Shown here: one piece after another, positions 11,695-23,597 of the stretch
How the letters are laid out: every line of letters begins with the position of its first letter
How positions within the stretch are numbered: the stretch's first letter is position 1
Assembly: GCF_006345805.1 (NCBI RefSeq)
Contig: NC_043003.1
Span: 16,926,001-16,990,000, forward strand
Origin: Octopus sinensis
Taxonomy: Eukaryota
Length of the DNA stretch: 64,000 nt
Direction of reading: 5' to 3'
Notes under the pieces: generated by a model
The model's input: the letters and a program-made list of their open reading frames with translations, nothing else
Told to the model about the DNA's origin: nothing
The model's database searches: none
Translations under genes and position numbers: made by a program

Positions 11695-11937
11695 CAGACA
11701 TAACGTATACATACGTATACACGCGAACACAGGTATGTTCACACTACAAATCTTCTGTACACACATAAATATTTTTCAAAATATAAGGTGAATGTCTCTT
11801 ATAAACATGAATCTAACCCAAGTCTGTGATAAAGTAGGTTTAGAGCTTTCTAACAATATAATACTTAGAAGTGACTGAATGAATGACAAAGAACCAATGA
11901 AAGGAATCTGTCTATGTATGTATGTATGTATGTATTT

Positions 11938-12279
11938 GTGGAGGTGCGATCGCGGTTTCGATTCCCAGACCGGGCGTTGTGAGTGTTTATTGAGCGAAAA
12001 CACCTGAAGCTCCACGAGTCTCCAACAGGGGGTGGTGGCAATCCTTGCTGTACTCTTTCGCCACAACTTTCTCTCACTCTTACTTCCTGTTTCTGTTGTA
12101 CCTGTAATTCAAAGGGCCAACCTTGTCACACTCTGTGTCACGCTGAATCTCCCAGAGAACTACGTTAAGGGTGCACGTGTCTGTGGAGTGCTCAACCACT
12201 TGCACGTTAATTTCACGAGCAGACTGTTCCGTTCATCGGATCAACTGGAACCCTCGTCGCCGTAACAGACGGAGTGCCA
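11938..12279 (+). mobile_element. SINE-C with a deletion in the tRNA head
   Basis: Colinear with 36597-36979 but lacks the A-box segment. Embedded in (TATG)n. Confidence 0.85.
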
Positions 12280-12303
12280 CGATGTATGTATGTATGTGTG
12301 TGT

Positions 12304-12340
<37 letters not shown>

Positions 12341-12963
12341 GCCTGATTATAGAGTGACCAATGATTTCGCATACACGAAAGCTGCAGCCTTGTGGACAGC
12401 TCATCAGACTCTGTACAAAGACAAATTCAACTCTTCACCTTGCGATGGCAGAGAAACGCTGCTGTCGATTGGTCAAACGGCCACCAGAGAAAACACTTTA
12501 GTGAAGACGGGTATATATAAATTATACCACGGGAAGCTTTCAACTTTTTCCACCCGAAAGTTTTTTTAAACCAATATTCACGTTATCATTTATAGCTTTA
12601 TCTACTTCGAGATTTATAACCGAAACTAGGAAACTAAAACTATGCTCCTTACGAAATATCGTTGACAAACCAATGTTTCTCTCTTTCACTGTCCCTCTCT
12701 CCCTCCTCTCTTTCTCCCTTTCTTTCACTGTCCCTCTCTCCCTCAGTCCCTCTCTCTCCCTTTCTGTCTCTCTTTCACAGTCCGTCTCTCCCTCCGTCTC
12801 TCCCCCTGTCTCTCCTTCCCTTTATGTGTCTGAGTGTATTTCTCTTTATGCGTATCAGGAGAGAGAAAGTGCTTATACCAATAATGCTCAATTAATAAAT
12901 TGTAGTCTTTACCCCACTCTCTCTGTATGTGTATATTCCTGCACGTACGTGTACGTGTGTATA

Positions 12964-13010
<47 letters not shown>

Positions 13011-13577
13011 AGAGAGAGAGAGAAAGAGAAAGAAAGAGCGGGTACGCGTGTAGGTAGGTGTGTGCACTAGCGTAGCTAGAGTATGTGCCACCCGGTGCGG
13101 CCCTTCAGTTTGATTCACCCCTGCACCCCAAAAAAAACACAAAGTGCCACCCATTTAAAAGTGCCGCCCGGGATGGATCCCCCCACCGCCAGTGGATGTG
13201 TGCGAGTACCCGTTGGAGCTACAAGATTTGTTGTCTGTGTAAACAAATTGGTTGTTGGTTTCTCTGGGTTGGTCAAGTGATGTAGACACCTGATGAGACG
13301 CTAATAAGGGTCGTAAATTGATTAAAAGTGTCCATTATTTTCAAATCTATAGAGAAATAAGTAAACCTGACATATTTTTATGTCTACTATGAAGGTTTAT
13401 GTGTGTGTGCATGTGTGTGTGTGTGTGCGCGCGCGCATATATTTCTCTTTATGTGTAGGGGGAAAGGGAAAATCTTCATACCATTCGTAATCAATAAATT
13501 GTAATGTCTTTACCTATCCTTCTCTCTATCTGTATATGCATATTTCTGCGCTATCGTGCATGTGTTGGTGTGTGTGT

Positions 13578-13620
<43 letters not shown>

Positions 13621-13672
13621 GTCTCGAGTGCTAAAAGCTACTGACACCAGGAAAGGTTCAATGACACCAGAA

Positions 13673-14660
13673 AAGGTGGTGAGCTGGCAGAAACGTTAGC
13701 ACACCGGGCGAAATGCTTAGCGGTATTTCGCCCGTCTTTACGTCCTGAGCTCAAATTCCGCCGAGGTCGACTTTGCCTTTCATCCTTTCGGGGTCGATAA
13801 ATTAAGTACCAGTTACGCACTGAGCTCGATGTAATCGACTTAATTCCTTTGTCTGTCCTTGTTTGTCCCCTCTGTGTTTAGCCCCTTGTGGGTAGTAAAG
13901 AAATAGGCATTTCGCCCGTCTTTACTTTCTGAGTTCACATCCCGCCGAGGTCGACTTTGCCCTTCATCCTTTCGGGGGTCGATTAAATAAGTACCAGTTA
14001 AACACTAGGGTCGATATAAACGACTTAATCCGTTTGTCTGTCCTTGTTCGTCCTCTCTGTGTTTAGCCCCTTGTGGGTAGTAAAGAAATAGGTATCTCGT
14101 CTGCCGTTACATTCTGACTTCAAATTCCGCCGAGGTCGACTTTGCCTTTCATCCTTTCGGGGTCGATAAATTAAGTACCAGTTACGCACTGGGCTCGATG
14201 TAATCGACTTAATCCCTTTGTCTGTCCTTGTTTGTCCCCTCTATGTTTAGCCCCTTATAGGCAACTAGCAGTATCGCCCGGCGTTGCTCAGGTTTGTAAG
14301 GGAAATAACTATAAAGCATTTTTAGAGAGTTATAGCCAAAAAATAGCAAAAAAATGGAAAAAAAATGATGGTAAATTTTTTTGAGAGTTAAAAAAGGTGG
14401 AGTTGCTACCCCTAGACGGTCTGTGGTTTGAGTTTCTGATTCTCGACCCCATGTCGAATTTATCGATTTTTTTCAGAACTGGGGGAACTTTTCAAAATTT
14501 TCGCTGCGTTAGTTTTGAATTATGACATTGGGCTATGTGTGTGTCAAGTTTCATCAGAATCGGTTGAAAGCCGTGGTCAGAGTGAGGGTACGAGAAAACA
14601 GACACACAGAAAACGCACAGACAAACTGCCGTTTATATATAGAGAGATAAAGAAATAAGA
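13673..14660 (+). mobile_element. SINE-B trimer interrupted by a Helitron
   Basis: One head plus units starting near 13722, 13906 and 14091 (about 185 bp period). The tail TAAAGAAATAAG resumes at 14648. Confidence 0.9.
14265..14647 (-). mobile_element. Non-autonomous Helitron
   Basis: Minus strand 5'-TC...CTAG-3'. Subterminal hairpin CCTGAGCAACGCCGGG. Inserted between A and T of the host SINE with no TSD. Confidence 0.85.
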
Positions 14661-15069
14661 AAAGGTTCAACGTCCAGTCAATCACGCCAAACCGCCAGTG
14701 TCTGAACAATAGCGCCAAATTGCCTCATTCCGGCATTTGTTTGCTATAGTTAGATAAAACATTTAGCTGTTGTAGGGGCTGAAATTCATTTCTTATTTTA
14801 TTCTCAAAAGTTCTGCTTCCATTGTCGAATAACATTCAAAGTACAACTTTTTGGAAGTTACTCAAAATTCTTGTAGCCAGATGTAGAAATGTTTCATCAG
14901 GAACCATGTCAATCAATCATGCTCAGAGCATGTAGTGACATGAAACTGCCCCGTGTTGTTTATATATTTATATATTACAATGCAGGAGAGGCAGCATAAC
15001 TTTCAGATTTGCGGACTTATGATTTATGCCCTGCGTTTTGCACAGGTCTGTGGGTTCAGTAATCACTAA

Positions 15070-15264
15070 GTCATCATCATCAATCTCTCCTCCTCCTCCA
15101 TCTTCCTCCTCCGCCCCCATCCCCCTCCTCATCCACCAGCCTCCTCCTCCCCCTCATGATGATGATGATGATCATCATTATCATCATCATCATCGCGGTC
15201 ATCATGGTCGTCGTGGTCGTGGTCATCGTCTTCTTCTTCTTCCACTTCTTCTTCCACTTCTTCC

Positions 15265-15295
<31 letters not shown>

Positions 15296-15334
15296 CTGCT
15301 CCTCCTTCTCCATGTTGTTGTTGTTGTTGTTGTT

Positions 15335-15362
<28 letters not shown>
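15070..15362. repeat. Compound trinucleotide array (TCC/ATG/ATC/TTC/TTG)
   Basis: Direct inspection. The (TTC)n end abuts the RTE fragment as its (GAA)n tail. Confidence 0.9.
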
Positions 15363-15366
<4 letters not shown>

Positions 15367-15780
15367 CACATCGTGGCTCGGTGTCACACAAGGCTTCCAC
15401 TCTCCCCGTGCCGCCCTGTCGATGATTGTGGTTTGCACCCGGTTCTCTGTTCCCTATCCATCGGCCTGCTTCGCTTTTTTTCATCATTCTTTCAGAGACC
15501 CATGTCTTTGTTGGGATCTTTCCTCAGAATGTGACCAGTGTACTTCCACTTCCTTCTCCGTACTTCGCCGCTCATGCTCTCCATCCCAGCTCTCTCGAGC
15601 ACGGCCCCATTCTTTGACTGTTCTTGCCACCACATTTTAAGCATCCGCCTCAGACATCTGGTCTGGAAGACGTCTGGCTTCTTGTCTCTTATTGTCGTTT
15701 ACCAGGTTTGCAGAGTAATACGTTAAAACCATCTATACCAAAGTTTTGAGCAGTTTCATTTAGGCGTTATAACAGATGGT
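15363..15780 (-). pseudogene. RTE-clade LINE 3' fragment (degenerate ORF end)
   Basis: Minus-strand translation DVFQTRCLRRMLKMWWQEQSKNGAVLERAGMESMSGEVRRRKWKYTGHILRKD resembles the RTE RT C-terminal region. Followed by a (GAA)n tail. Confidence 0.75.
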
Positions 15781-16140
15781 AGATATTTGGTTCAGTTAAT
15801 ATCGGATTCATTAGCTGCAGTTATCCCGAGAGCTTTCCTTGAACGTATGTTTAGTAAATACCTATTAGAGTGAGATAGGCAGACAGACATGTATATATGT
15901 GCTTATTATATCTGCAAAGATAAATACTGATATTTATATCGATGTATATAAATACACATATAATTTGACAAATAAATGTGTATGTGTGTGTGTGTGTGTG
16001 TACGTGTGTGTATGAGCGTACGTATGTTATAGTACAAAAACTATGCAAGGGAGGTGAAAAGAGCGTACTCAATACAAGATGAAGAGCTCTATATATATTT
16101 GGAGTTGAAAACCTCGCTAACGGTTCCTCCCCATTTCACG

Positions 16141-16273
16141 TTTCTGATCTTCCGACAGCAATGGAAATTTGTTCTAATCTCTACATCCAAATCAGAAACG
16201 TCCATTCTGCCTTTCTGATCTTCCGACAGCAATGAAAGTTTGTTATAAACTCTACATCCAAATCAGAAAAGTC
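16141..16273. repeat. 71-bp tandem duplication
   Basis: TTTCTGATCTTCCGACAGCAATG...ATCAGAAA begins at both 16141 and 16212. Confidence 0.85.
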
Positions 16274-16573
16274 AAACTCAGAGTAACGGTTAAAGAAGAT
16301 TTTAACTCCAATAAACATAATAAGTAGTTATTCTTTTCTACTCTACTCACATGGCCCGAAACTTTTGGGGAGGGGGCCAGTCGATTAGATCTGCCTCAGT
16401 ACGCAACTGGTACTAAATTTATCTACTCCGAAAGGATGAAAGGTAAGGTCACCCCTCGGCAGAACTTGAAATCAGAACGTAGCGGAAGACGAAATACCGC
16501 TAAGCATTTCGTTAGTTTGTTTATATTCCGGTAACTTAACGGTTCGACAAAAGTGAACAATAGAATAACTACC

Positions 16574-16676
<103 letters not shown>

Positions 16677-17231
16677 TGGGATGGATTTGTTCGACTAAAA
16701 CGCCTTCAAGATGGTATCACAGCCCAACAGTCCAATGGCTGAATCAAACAATAGAAGAAAAAATATATCAACAGGGACCCAACTTGACTTAAGATGTTTT
16801 TAAGTGACATCAATATCTAGAACTGGAATTCTGTTGGGACTTAGTAATAACTAACCTTCTCTATTCTCATTATCTATAAGTTTAAATACCTAAATCCGTA
16901 GTACAGATAGATAATTAATAGACAGATAGCTACTTAATACGTGTAAATTTCCCAAAATGTACAACTCTACTTTTATCTCGCGGTTTTTTTTATATGTAAA
17001 CGACTAAACTGTTGTGCTGCGTGTGTCAGGTGTAAAAGAAGGCAGCTTTGTTAAACGGTGTAGTGGTGCAGAGTTTTGTGTTTAAATAACTATCAAGAAT
17101 GCTGACATCCCTCCTTAAAGGTGTGAAGACTTGTCAAAGAGATTAATGGCTTGTATTATCTCATGCAGTGCTAACGTAAGTATGAGATAAGTATAAAATA
17201 GATTTTGTGTGTTGTGCGCTTGTGTCTGTCA

Positions 17232-17337
<106 letters not shown>

Positions 17338-17449
17338 ATTTATGCACACACACTTGCATATATATGTTTGCATATGTATATATACATACATATATGAATG
17401 CATATATGTGTATGAAGATATATACATGTATATACATATACATATTAGC

Positions 17450-17733
17450 GAGGTCGTTGCCAGTGCCGCTGGACTGATTCCTGTGCAGGTGGCACGTAAA
17501 AAACACTATTTCAGCGTGGCCGTTGCCAGTACCACCTGACTGGCCCTCGTGCCAGTGGCACGTAAAAGCACTCACTACACTTTCGAAGTGATTGACGCTA
17601 GGAAGGGTATCCAGCTGTAGAAACTCTGCCAGATCAGATTGGAGCCTGGTGCAGCCATCTGGTTCGCCAGTCCTCAGTCAAATTGTCCAACCCATGCTAG
17701 CATGACAAGCGGACGTTAAACGATGATGATGAT
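17450..17733 (+). mobile_element. SINE-F / LINE-derived 3' end with (GAT)n tail
   Basis: Ends GCGGACGTTAAACGATGATGATGAT. Opposite-strand homolog at 43221-43360. Confidence 0.7.
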
Positions 17734-18197
17734 ATATATATACATGTACACATACATATGTATACGAAATATGTGTATGTGTGTATACACATATGTATTT
17801 ATGATATATATATATGGTTGTATATGATATATGTATATATGCATGCATATATGTACATACCTACATATCTATGCATATATACATGCATATATAGGTACAG
17901 GAAGTCAAAAAACGTGAACAAAATGAGAAACGAGAACATAAAAGAACAAAAACATAGAAAACTTTTTTGTTTCGAACAACGAAAGAAACAAACAGAGAAA
18001 CGAGACAGGCAACATAAAGAACATTCTCTTCATCAGTTGTCCCCTGTTTTATCTACTCCGCGTTATACATATGAAAAAAAAAATGAATAGAAATGGCTTA
18101 TTTTGGGGATAATTTTGAATTTAATAATAATGTTTACAGTGAGTGACTCTGGTATGAGTTTCAAGCTTCTAATAGCCGTCAGTCCTCATTCACTACC

Positions 18198-18912
18198 TTA
18201 GAGTAGTCGGCTCACGATCGCAAGGTCGTGAGTTCGATTTCCGCCGACGCGTTGTGTCCTTGAGCAAGACACTTTATTTCCCGTTGCTCCAGTCCACTCA
18301 GCTGGTAAAAATTAGTAGTACTCTTTTACTTGTTTCAGTCGTTTGACTGCGGCCATGCTGGAGCACCGCCTTTATAGTCGAGCAAATAGACTTATTCTTT
18401 GTAAGCCTAGTACTTATTCTATCGTTCTCTTTTGCCGAACCGTTAAGTTACGGGGATGTAAAAACACCGGCATCAGTTGTCAAGCGATGCTTGGGTACAG
18501 ACACACAAATATACAAACACATACATACACACACATATATATATATATACATATACGACGGGCTTCTTCCAGTTTCCGTCTACCAAATCCACTCACAAGG
18601 CTTTGGTTGGCCCAAGGCTATAGTAGAAGACACTTGCCCAAGGTGCCACGCAGTGGGACTGAACCCGGGACCATGTGGTTGGTAAGCAAGCTACTTACCA
18701 TACAGCTGCTCCTGCGCCTATGTATTTTGTAGCCTTTTGTAACATCTTTTTAACATTTTGTAACATTTTGTGTCACGCTGAATAATCTTGAGAACTACAT
18801 TAAGGGTAGGTGTGTCTGTGAAATGCTCAGCCACTTGCATATTAATCTGACAAGCAGGTTGTTCCGTTGATCGGGTCAACCGGTACCCTTATCATCGTAA
18901 CTGACAGAAAGT
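18198..18912 (+). mobile_element. Older D-head/C-tail SINE split by a SINE-A insertion
   Basis: Head and core at 18198-18319 and tail at about 18770-18912 are colinear with 2316-2600. Confidence 0.7.
18320..18718 (-). mobile_element. SINE-A (nested)
   Basis: Head GGCGCAGGAG..GCTGT.TGGTAAGTAGC, B box GGTTCAGTCCC, internal (TA)/(CA) tract, GTAAAAGAG tail. Confidence 0.9.
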
Positions 18913-20627
18913 CAGTGTGCGCATGCGTGCGTACATGTGCACGCGCATGTATGTCTATGTCTATGTCACAGTTAGAATTTATTTGACCATAGGTTTGCTT
19001 GGTCATGGCTGACTTGGACTAAACAACATCAACAGCAGCAGCAATAGCAGCCATTCAAGAATTTGGACCTGGAGACATCCCTTTCCAGCGACTTGGACGG
19101 CCATCTCCCAGTGGTGTCGGGCATCAACGAAGAGCCCTCTACTACAACAATACGACCAAAGTGGGGTTTTTTTCCCTAAGGTCTGGGGTCTCCCGCCCCT
19201 AAGCCCTAGACCATCACCTAATCACCCTTACCCGTCTTGTTGCTTAACAACAACAACAACAACAATAGCAGCAATAGCAGCGACAACAGATATAGCAACA
19301 ACAACAATAGCAGAGCAACAACTGTTCAGAAAAAATTTGAGTAAAAAATATTTCTTGTACCGGATTCAAGAGTTCACATGACTCCATTTTAAAATATTTT
19401 CCAACGGGTGTACTTTAGTTTTGGAGGTATTTTGTAGAAAAAAAAGTGCAAATGGAAACGTTGAAAATGTATCTAAACAGATTCTTATCGTTTTGAGATG
19501 AAATTAAACGATTATTTAAGACAAACAGCAGGAAATTATATCTCTCTTGTTATACGGAGAAAATTCAAATCCACTTTTTCATTTATTTTCTTTCCAAAAT
19601 GCTTCAGTTTTATTTTTATTTTCCCATGTATCTTTTTTATGATTTGATGTATTATTTGTATTGTTATCGCTTACCTAACACCAACCGTGGGTCAATAGCT
19701 ATACCAGGCATGCCGTCCTTTCATTTGTATGTTAGACCGCTAGCAGGAAATAGCTACGATTCCAAACAAACGCCTATATCGTCTAGCGTTACTTAAGATT
19801 GATGTTCTCTAATTAAGGAACTGAGATCGCTATCTTCTTGTGTCTATCAAACAGAACGCTATAAGCAAAGCATCTAATCGCACAAGCTGGTTGTATACAC
19901 TTTACCTGAACGTGTCGAATTCATGTAACATAGTAATAATTCTTTTATGTATGTGTTCTTATGTTAACTCTCTGCAGGAGGTGAAAACGAAGCTCCTAGA
20001 AAGACTCACTCGTTTTATGTTTATTTTACGAGGCAGTTTAGCACAGAAATCATTTCAGTCGTACTAAAGCGTATACATAAACCACAGGAAGCCAGAAATA
20101 TCGTTTAAGATTTATATGGATGTTATCGTTTCCCGTTGGCTCTTTTATACGAAATATATTCTCCGCTTGTAAGTTGTTTAGCTACTCTTAGCAAGTGAGA
20201 TTTCCATCTTTTATTGCCGTACCCCTGTAACAATATTTGGATACCATAACAGCCAATGTCATCCTCTTCGATGTTTTCGTCTTAGTCGTCGCCTTTCTCG
20301 TTGCCTTCTTCGTCTTCATTACTATCTTAATCATCATTATCGCGGTCACAACAACGCCGACGTTACTATTTTGTTAGTACTGATATCAATATTTCCGCTG
20401 TTTCACACGTGTTATGCCGTAGTTGGAGCTGTGTATAATAGTTACGGTAGTTGTACATATTATTAGTGCATTGTGTTTACTTATAACTGTTACTACTTGT
20501 GTGTTGGTAATTAAGTCTTTTGTTCTACATTGTGCATTTGTGCCTTTCCTTACATGCCCCGTCTTCGCAAAATCGCAAAATATTTAAATATTCCGTATTG
20601 ACGTTACCCATATGGCAATCAAAAAAG

Positions 20628-21022
20628 ACCTCTCCTTCCTCCTCCTCCTCCTCCTCCTCCTCCTCCTTCTCCTCTCCTCCTCCTCTTCTCTTTCTCCTCC
20701 TCCTCTTCCTCTCCTCCCCTCCTCTTCCTCTCCTCCCCTCCTCTTCCTCTCCTCCCCTCCTCTTCCTCCTCCTCCTCCTCCTCCTCTTCCTCTCCTCCTC
20801 TTCCTCCTCTTCCTCCTCCTCCTTCTCCTCCTCCTCCTCCTCATCTTCCTCTCCTCCTCTTCCTCTCCTCCTCTTCATCTCCTCCTCCTCCTCCTCCTCC
20901 TCCTCTCCTCTCCTCCTCTCCTCCTCCTCCTCCTCCTCATCTTCCTCTCCTTATCCTCTCCTCCTCCTCTAGTCCTCTCCTCCTCCTCCTCCTCCTTATC
21001 ATCATCATCATCATCCTCATCA
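20628..21022. repeat. About 400 bp polypyrimidine (CCT/CTCTC)n tract
   Basis: Almost only C and T on the plus strand. Confidence 0.95.
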
Positions 21023-21119
21023 TCAAACATTAGAGAAGTGCCAGAGAAGAAATGAAAGCCGTTTCAATACATTTTCGATTCTTTGCTTTTAGTCTCGTTT
21101 CTCGTTACCTCAAGTTTCA

Positions 21120-21924
21120 AGTGTTCAGTCATTAGACTTCGGCCATGCTGGGGCATCGCCTTGACGAATTTTAGCCGAACGAATAGACCTCAGTACTTAC
21201 GTTTTTAAGCCTGCTACTTATTCAACCGTCTCTTTTGCCGAACCGCTAAGTTACGGGGATGTAAACACATCAACACTGGTTGTCAAACGGTGGGTCGGGG
21301 GGGGGGGGGGTAGGTGGGTAAAACACAGACACGAAAATACTCACACACACACACTCATAAATATATTTACATACGACGGACATTTTTTCAGTTACTTATT
21401 TTTTTATTACACACAAGGGGCCAAACATAGAGGGGACAAACAAGGACAGACAAACGGATTAAGTCGATTACATCGACCCCAGTGCGTAACTGGTAGTTAA
21501 TTTATCCACCCCGAAAGGATGAAAGGCAAAGTCGACCTCGGCGGAATCTGAGCTCAGAACGTAACGGCAGACGAAATACCTATTTCTTTATTGCCCACAA
21601 GGGGCTAAACACAGAGAGGACAAACAAGGACAGACAAAGGGATTAAGTCGATTATATCGACCCCAGTGGATAACTGGTACTTAATTTATCGACCCCGAAA
21701 GGATGAAAGGCAAAGTCGACCTCGGCGGAATTTGAACTCAGAACGTAGTGGCGCGGTAACGTTTCTGCCAGCACGCCGCCTTTTTTCAGTTTCTGTTTGC
21801 CGAATACACTCATAAAAAATAGGGTGGACCCCATCTTATAGTAGAAGACACTTGCCCAATGTGGTACGTAGTGGGACGGAACCCGAAGCTGTTGGGAAGC
21901 AAGTTTGTTACTACACAGCCACGC
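21120..21924 (-). mobile_element. Diverged SINE-A interrupted by a SINE-B dimer
   Basis: SINE-A sequence stops at 21393 and resumes at 21781. Confidence 0.75.
21394..21782 (-). mobile_element. SINE-B dimer nested in SINE-A
   Basis: Two units. TSD TTTTTTCAGTT at 21383-21393 and 21781-21791. Confidence 0.85.
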
Positions 21925-22744
21925 AAGCTTCTTATCATACGAAGCAAAATGGAGAAAAGAAAGACCATAAATAAAACAAGAATATTTCTAGATTTGCCGT
22001 AAAATTGCAGATCTTCTCTCCTACATCTTTCTACATCTCATCACGTAACTTCTATAAGGTTGGATTAGTTGCTCAGGCATATCTACCCGGTTGCCACACT
22101 TTCTTTAGTTTAATCTACCTGGAATCGACTTTATATTCATGTAATTTCCCCGAGGGTTTGATAAACTAAGCACCAGAAGAATAATGGAACAGATTCCATT
22201 GACTACATAAAACTTGCCGTTCATAATTTGGCCAAAAGCCCAATCTAAAGGAATCCGTAATAGTTCTGTCATCCAATTTACTTATTTACGATTCATATTT
22301 TTCGTCAGAAAACAATAAATTTCGTTTTACGAGTGAAATCTCCTAAAGGCAACCGATAAGTCTTCCATTGCTAACTATTACCCTTTAAATTTAGTGCTCA
22401 TGAAAATGAAAAAAGTAAAAAAACAAAGCAACAAAAAAGCAAAACAAAAAAAAACACGTTTTTACGACATTGGCTCTCTTCCAAGTTGTATACCGTTCAT
22501 ATTGCAAGTTTGTACCTTACATGAAATCATCACCAACATCACTATTAATAATAACACTACCTCCTCCCCTCTGTATGTATGTATATATGTATACATATAT
22601 ATATATATACACAACGACCTCGAACACACAAGTGCAAACAAGGGAGTCAGAAAAAGGCAGAATGCCACTTATATCTGAACACTATACAAATATTCCTTTA
22701 AAAAAACTTTTCTTCTAATTTTTCTAAATTTAATTATTTAATCG

Positions 22745-22788
22745 TTACAGTTGAAAAGGTCTCAAAATGACCGAAACCGGTACTGAAA
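22745..22788 (+). ncRNA. Candidate minimal type I hammerhead ribozyme (Penelope-type)
   Basis: TTACAG [TTGAAAA] GGTC-TCAAAAT-GACC [GAAA] CCGG [TA] CTGAAA: stem I, core UUGAAAA, stem II, GAAA, palindromic ACCGGT stem III, GUA cleavage triplet. Confidence 0.55.
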
Positions 22789-23095
22789 TGTTCTTTATAA
22801 AATTATTTTAGCATTTTCTATTTTGACTTGTTTTTTTCATATATATCAACTCGTGTGTTCCTTTTCACCCTTATACATATATATATGTATATATATATAT
22901 ATATATATAAGATATATCTTCCTAATGCTCCTGCAAAGTTTGTCTTTCAATCATGTGGTTTTCGGGAGGTACTCAATCTGTTCTTTCTTTTCCATTTTCC
23001 TCATCTGTATTCAGTCGTCCATAGAATATCACACATATTTCTATTTTCCATATCACACAGTTATTTGCTTTTTCTCATACTTTATTTATTTAACT

Positions 23096-23150
<55 letters not shown>

Positions 23151-23597
23151 TTCAGAAGCACACAAGAATGCACATGCGCACACTCATATAAACATAAGGT
23201 ATACGGTGTCGCTAGTATTACAACTTAGGTGTATTGCAACCGGAACTTAATCAGGTTTTCATTGCGCATACGTGACTGAAATTACAACAACTTCCTGAAC
23301 GGTATGCCAGTCTGTCGCAGGGCTAACTTCCCATGCATTGCTGGAACTCATTGATAGCTGAGTGAACTAGAGCAATGTGAAATTAAAGTGTTTTTCTCAA
23401 GAACACAAAGCAACATTCAGTCTGGGAATCGAAATCACAATCGTAAGGTCGTGAGTGAACCACCCTAACATCCACTCCACGAGCCTTCCTAAGTGACAAT
23501 AAATATCTCATATAACTTTGTTCCGGTTTCTCTACAGCATGCGATTGGATTGTGTATTGCTCAGAAAACGCCATAAAGACATCATCACACAAATACG

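Noticed and set aside
13065-13200. GC-rich segment as a hAT/P-type MITE
   Set aside because: Only one plausible terminus; no matching TIR or TSD could be established.
20520-21055. Long ORFs rich in S/P/L/E/R (also 4863-5468, 15026-15640, 38519-39102, 40984-41664)
   Set aside because: They are translations of microsatellites that lack stop codons by composition.
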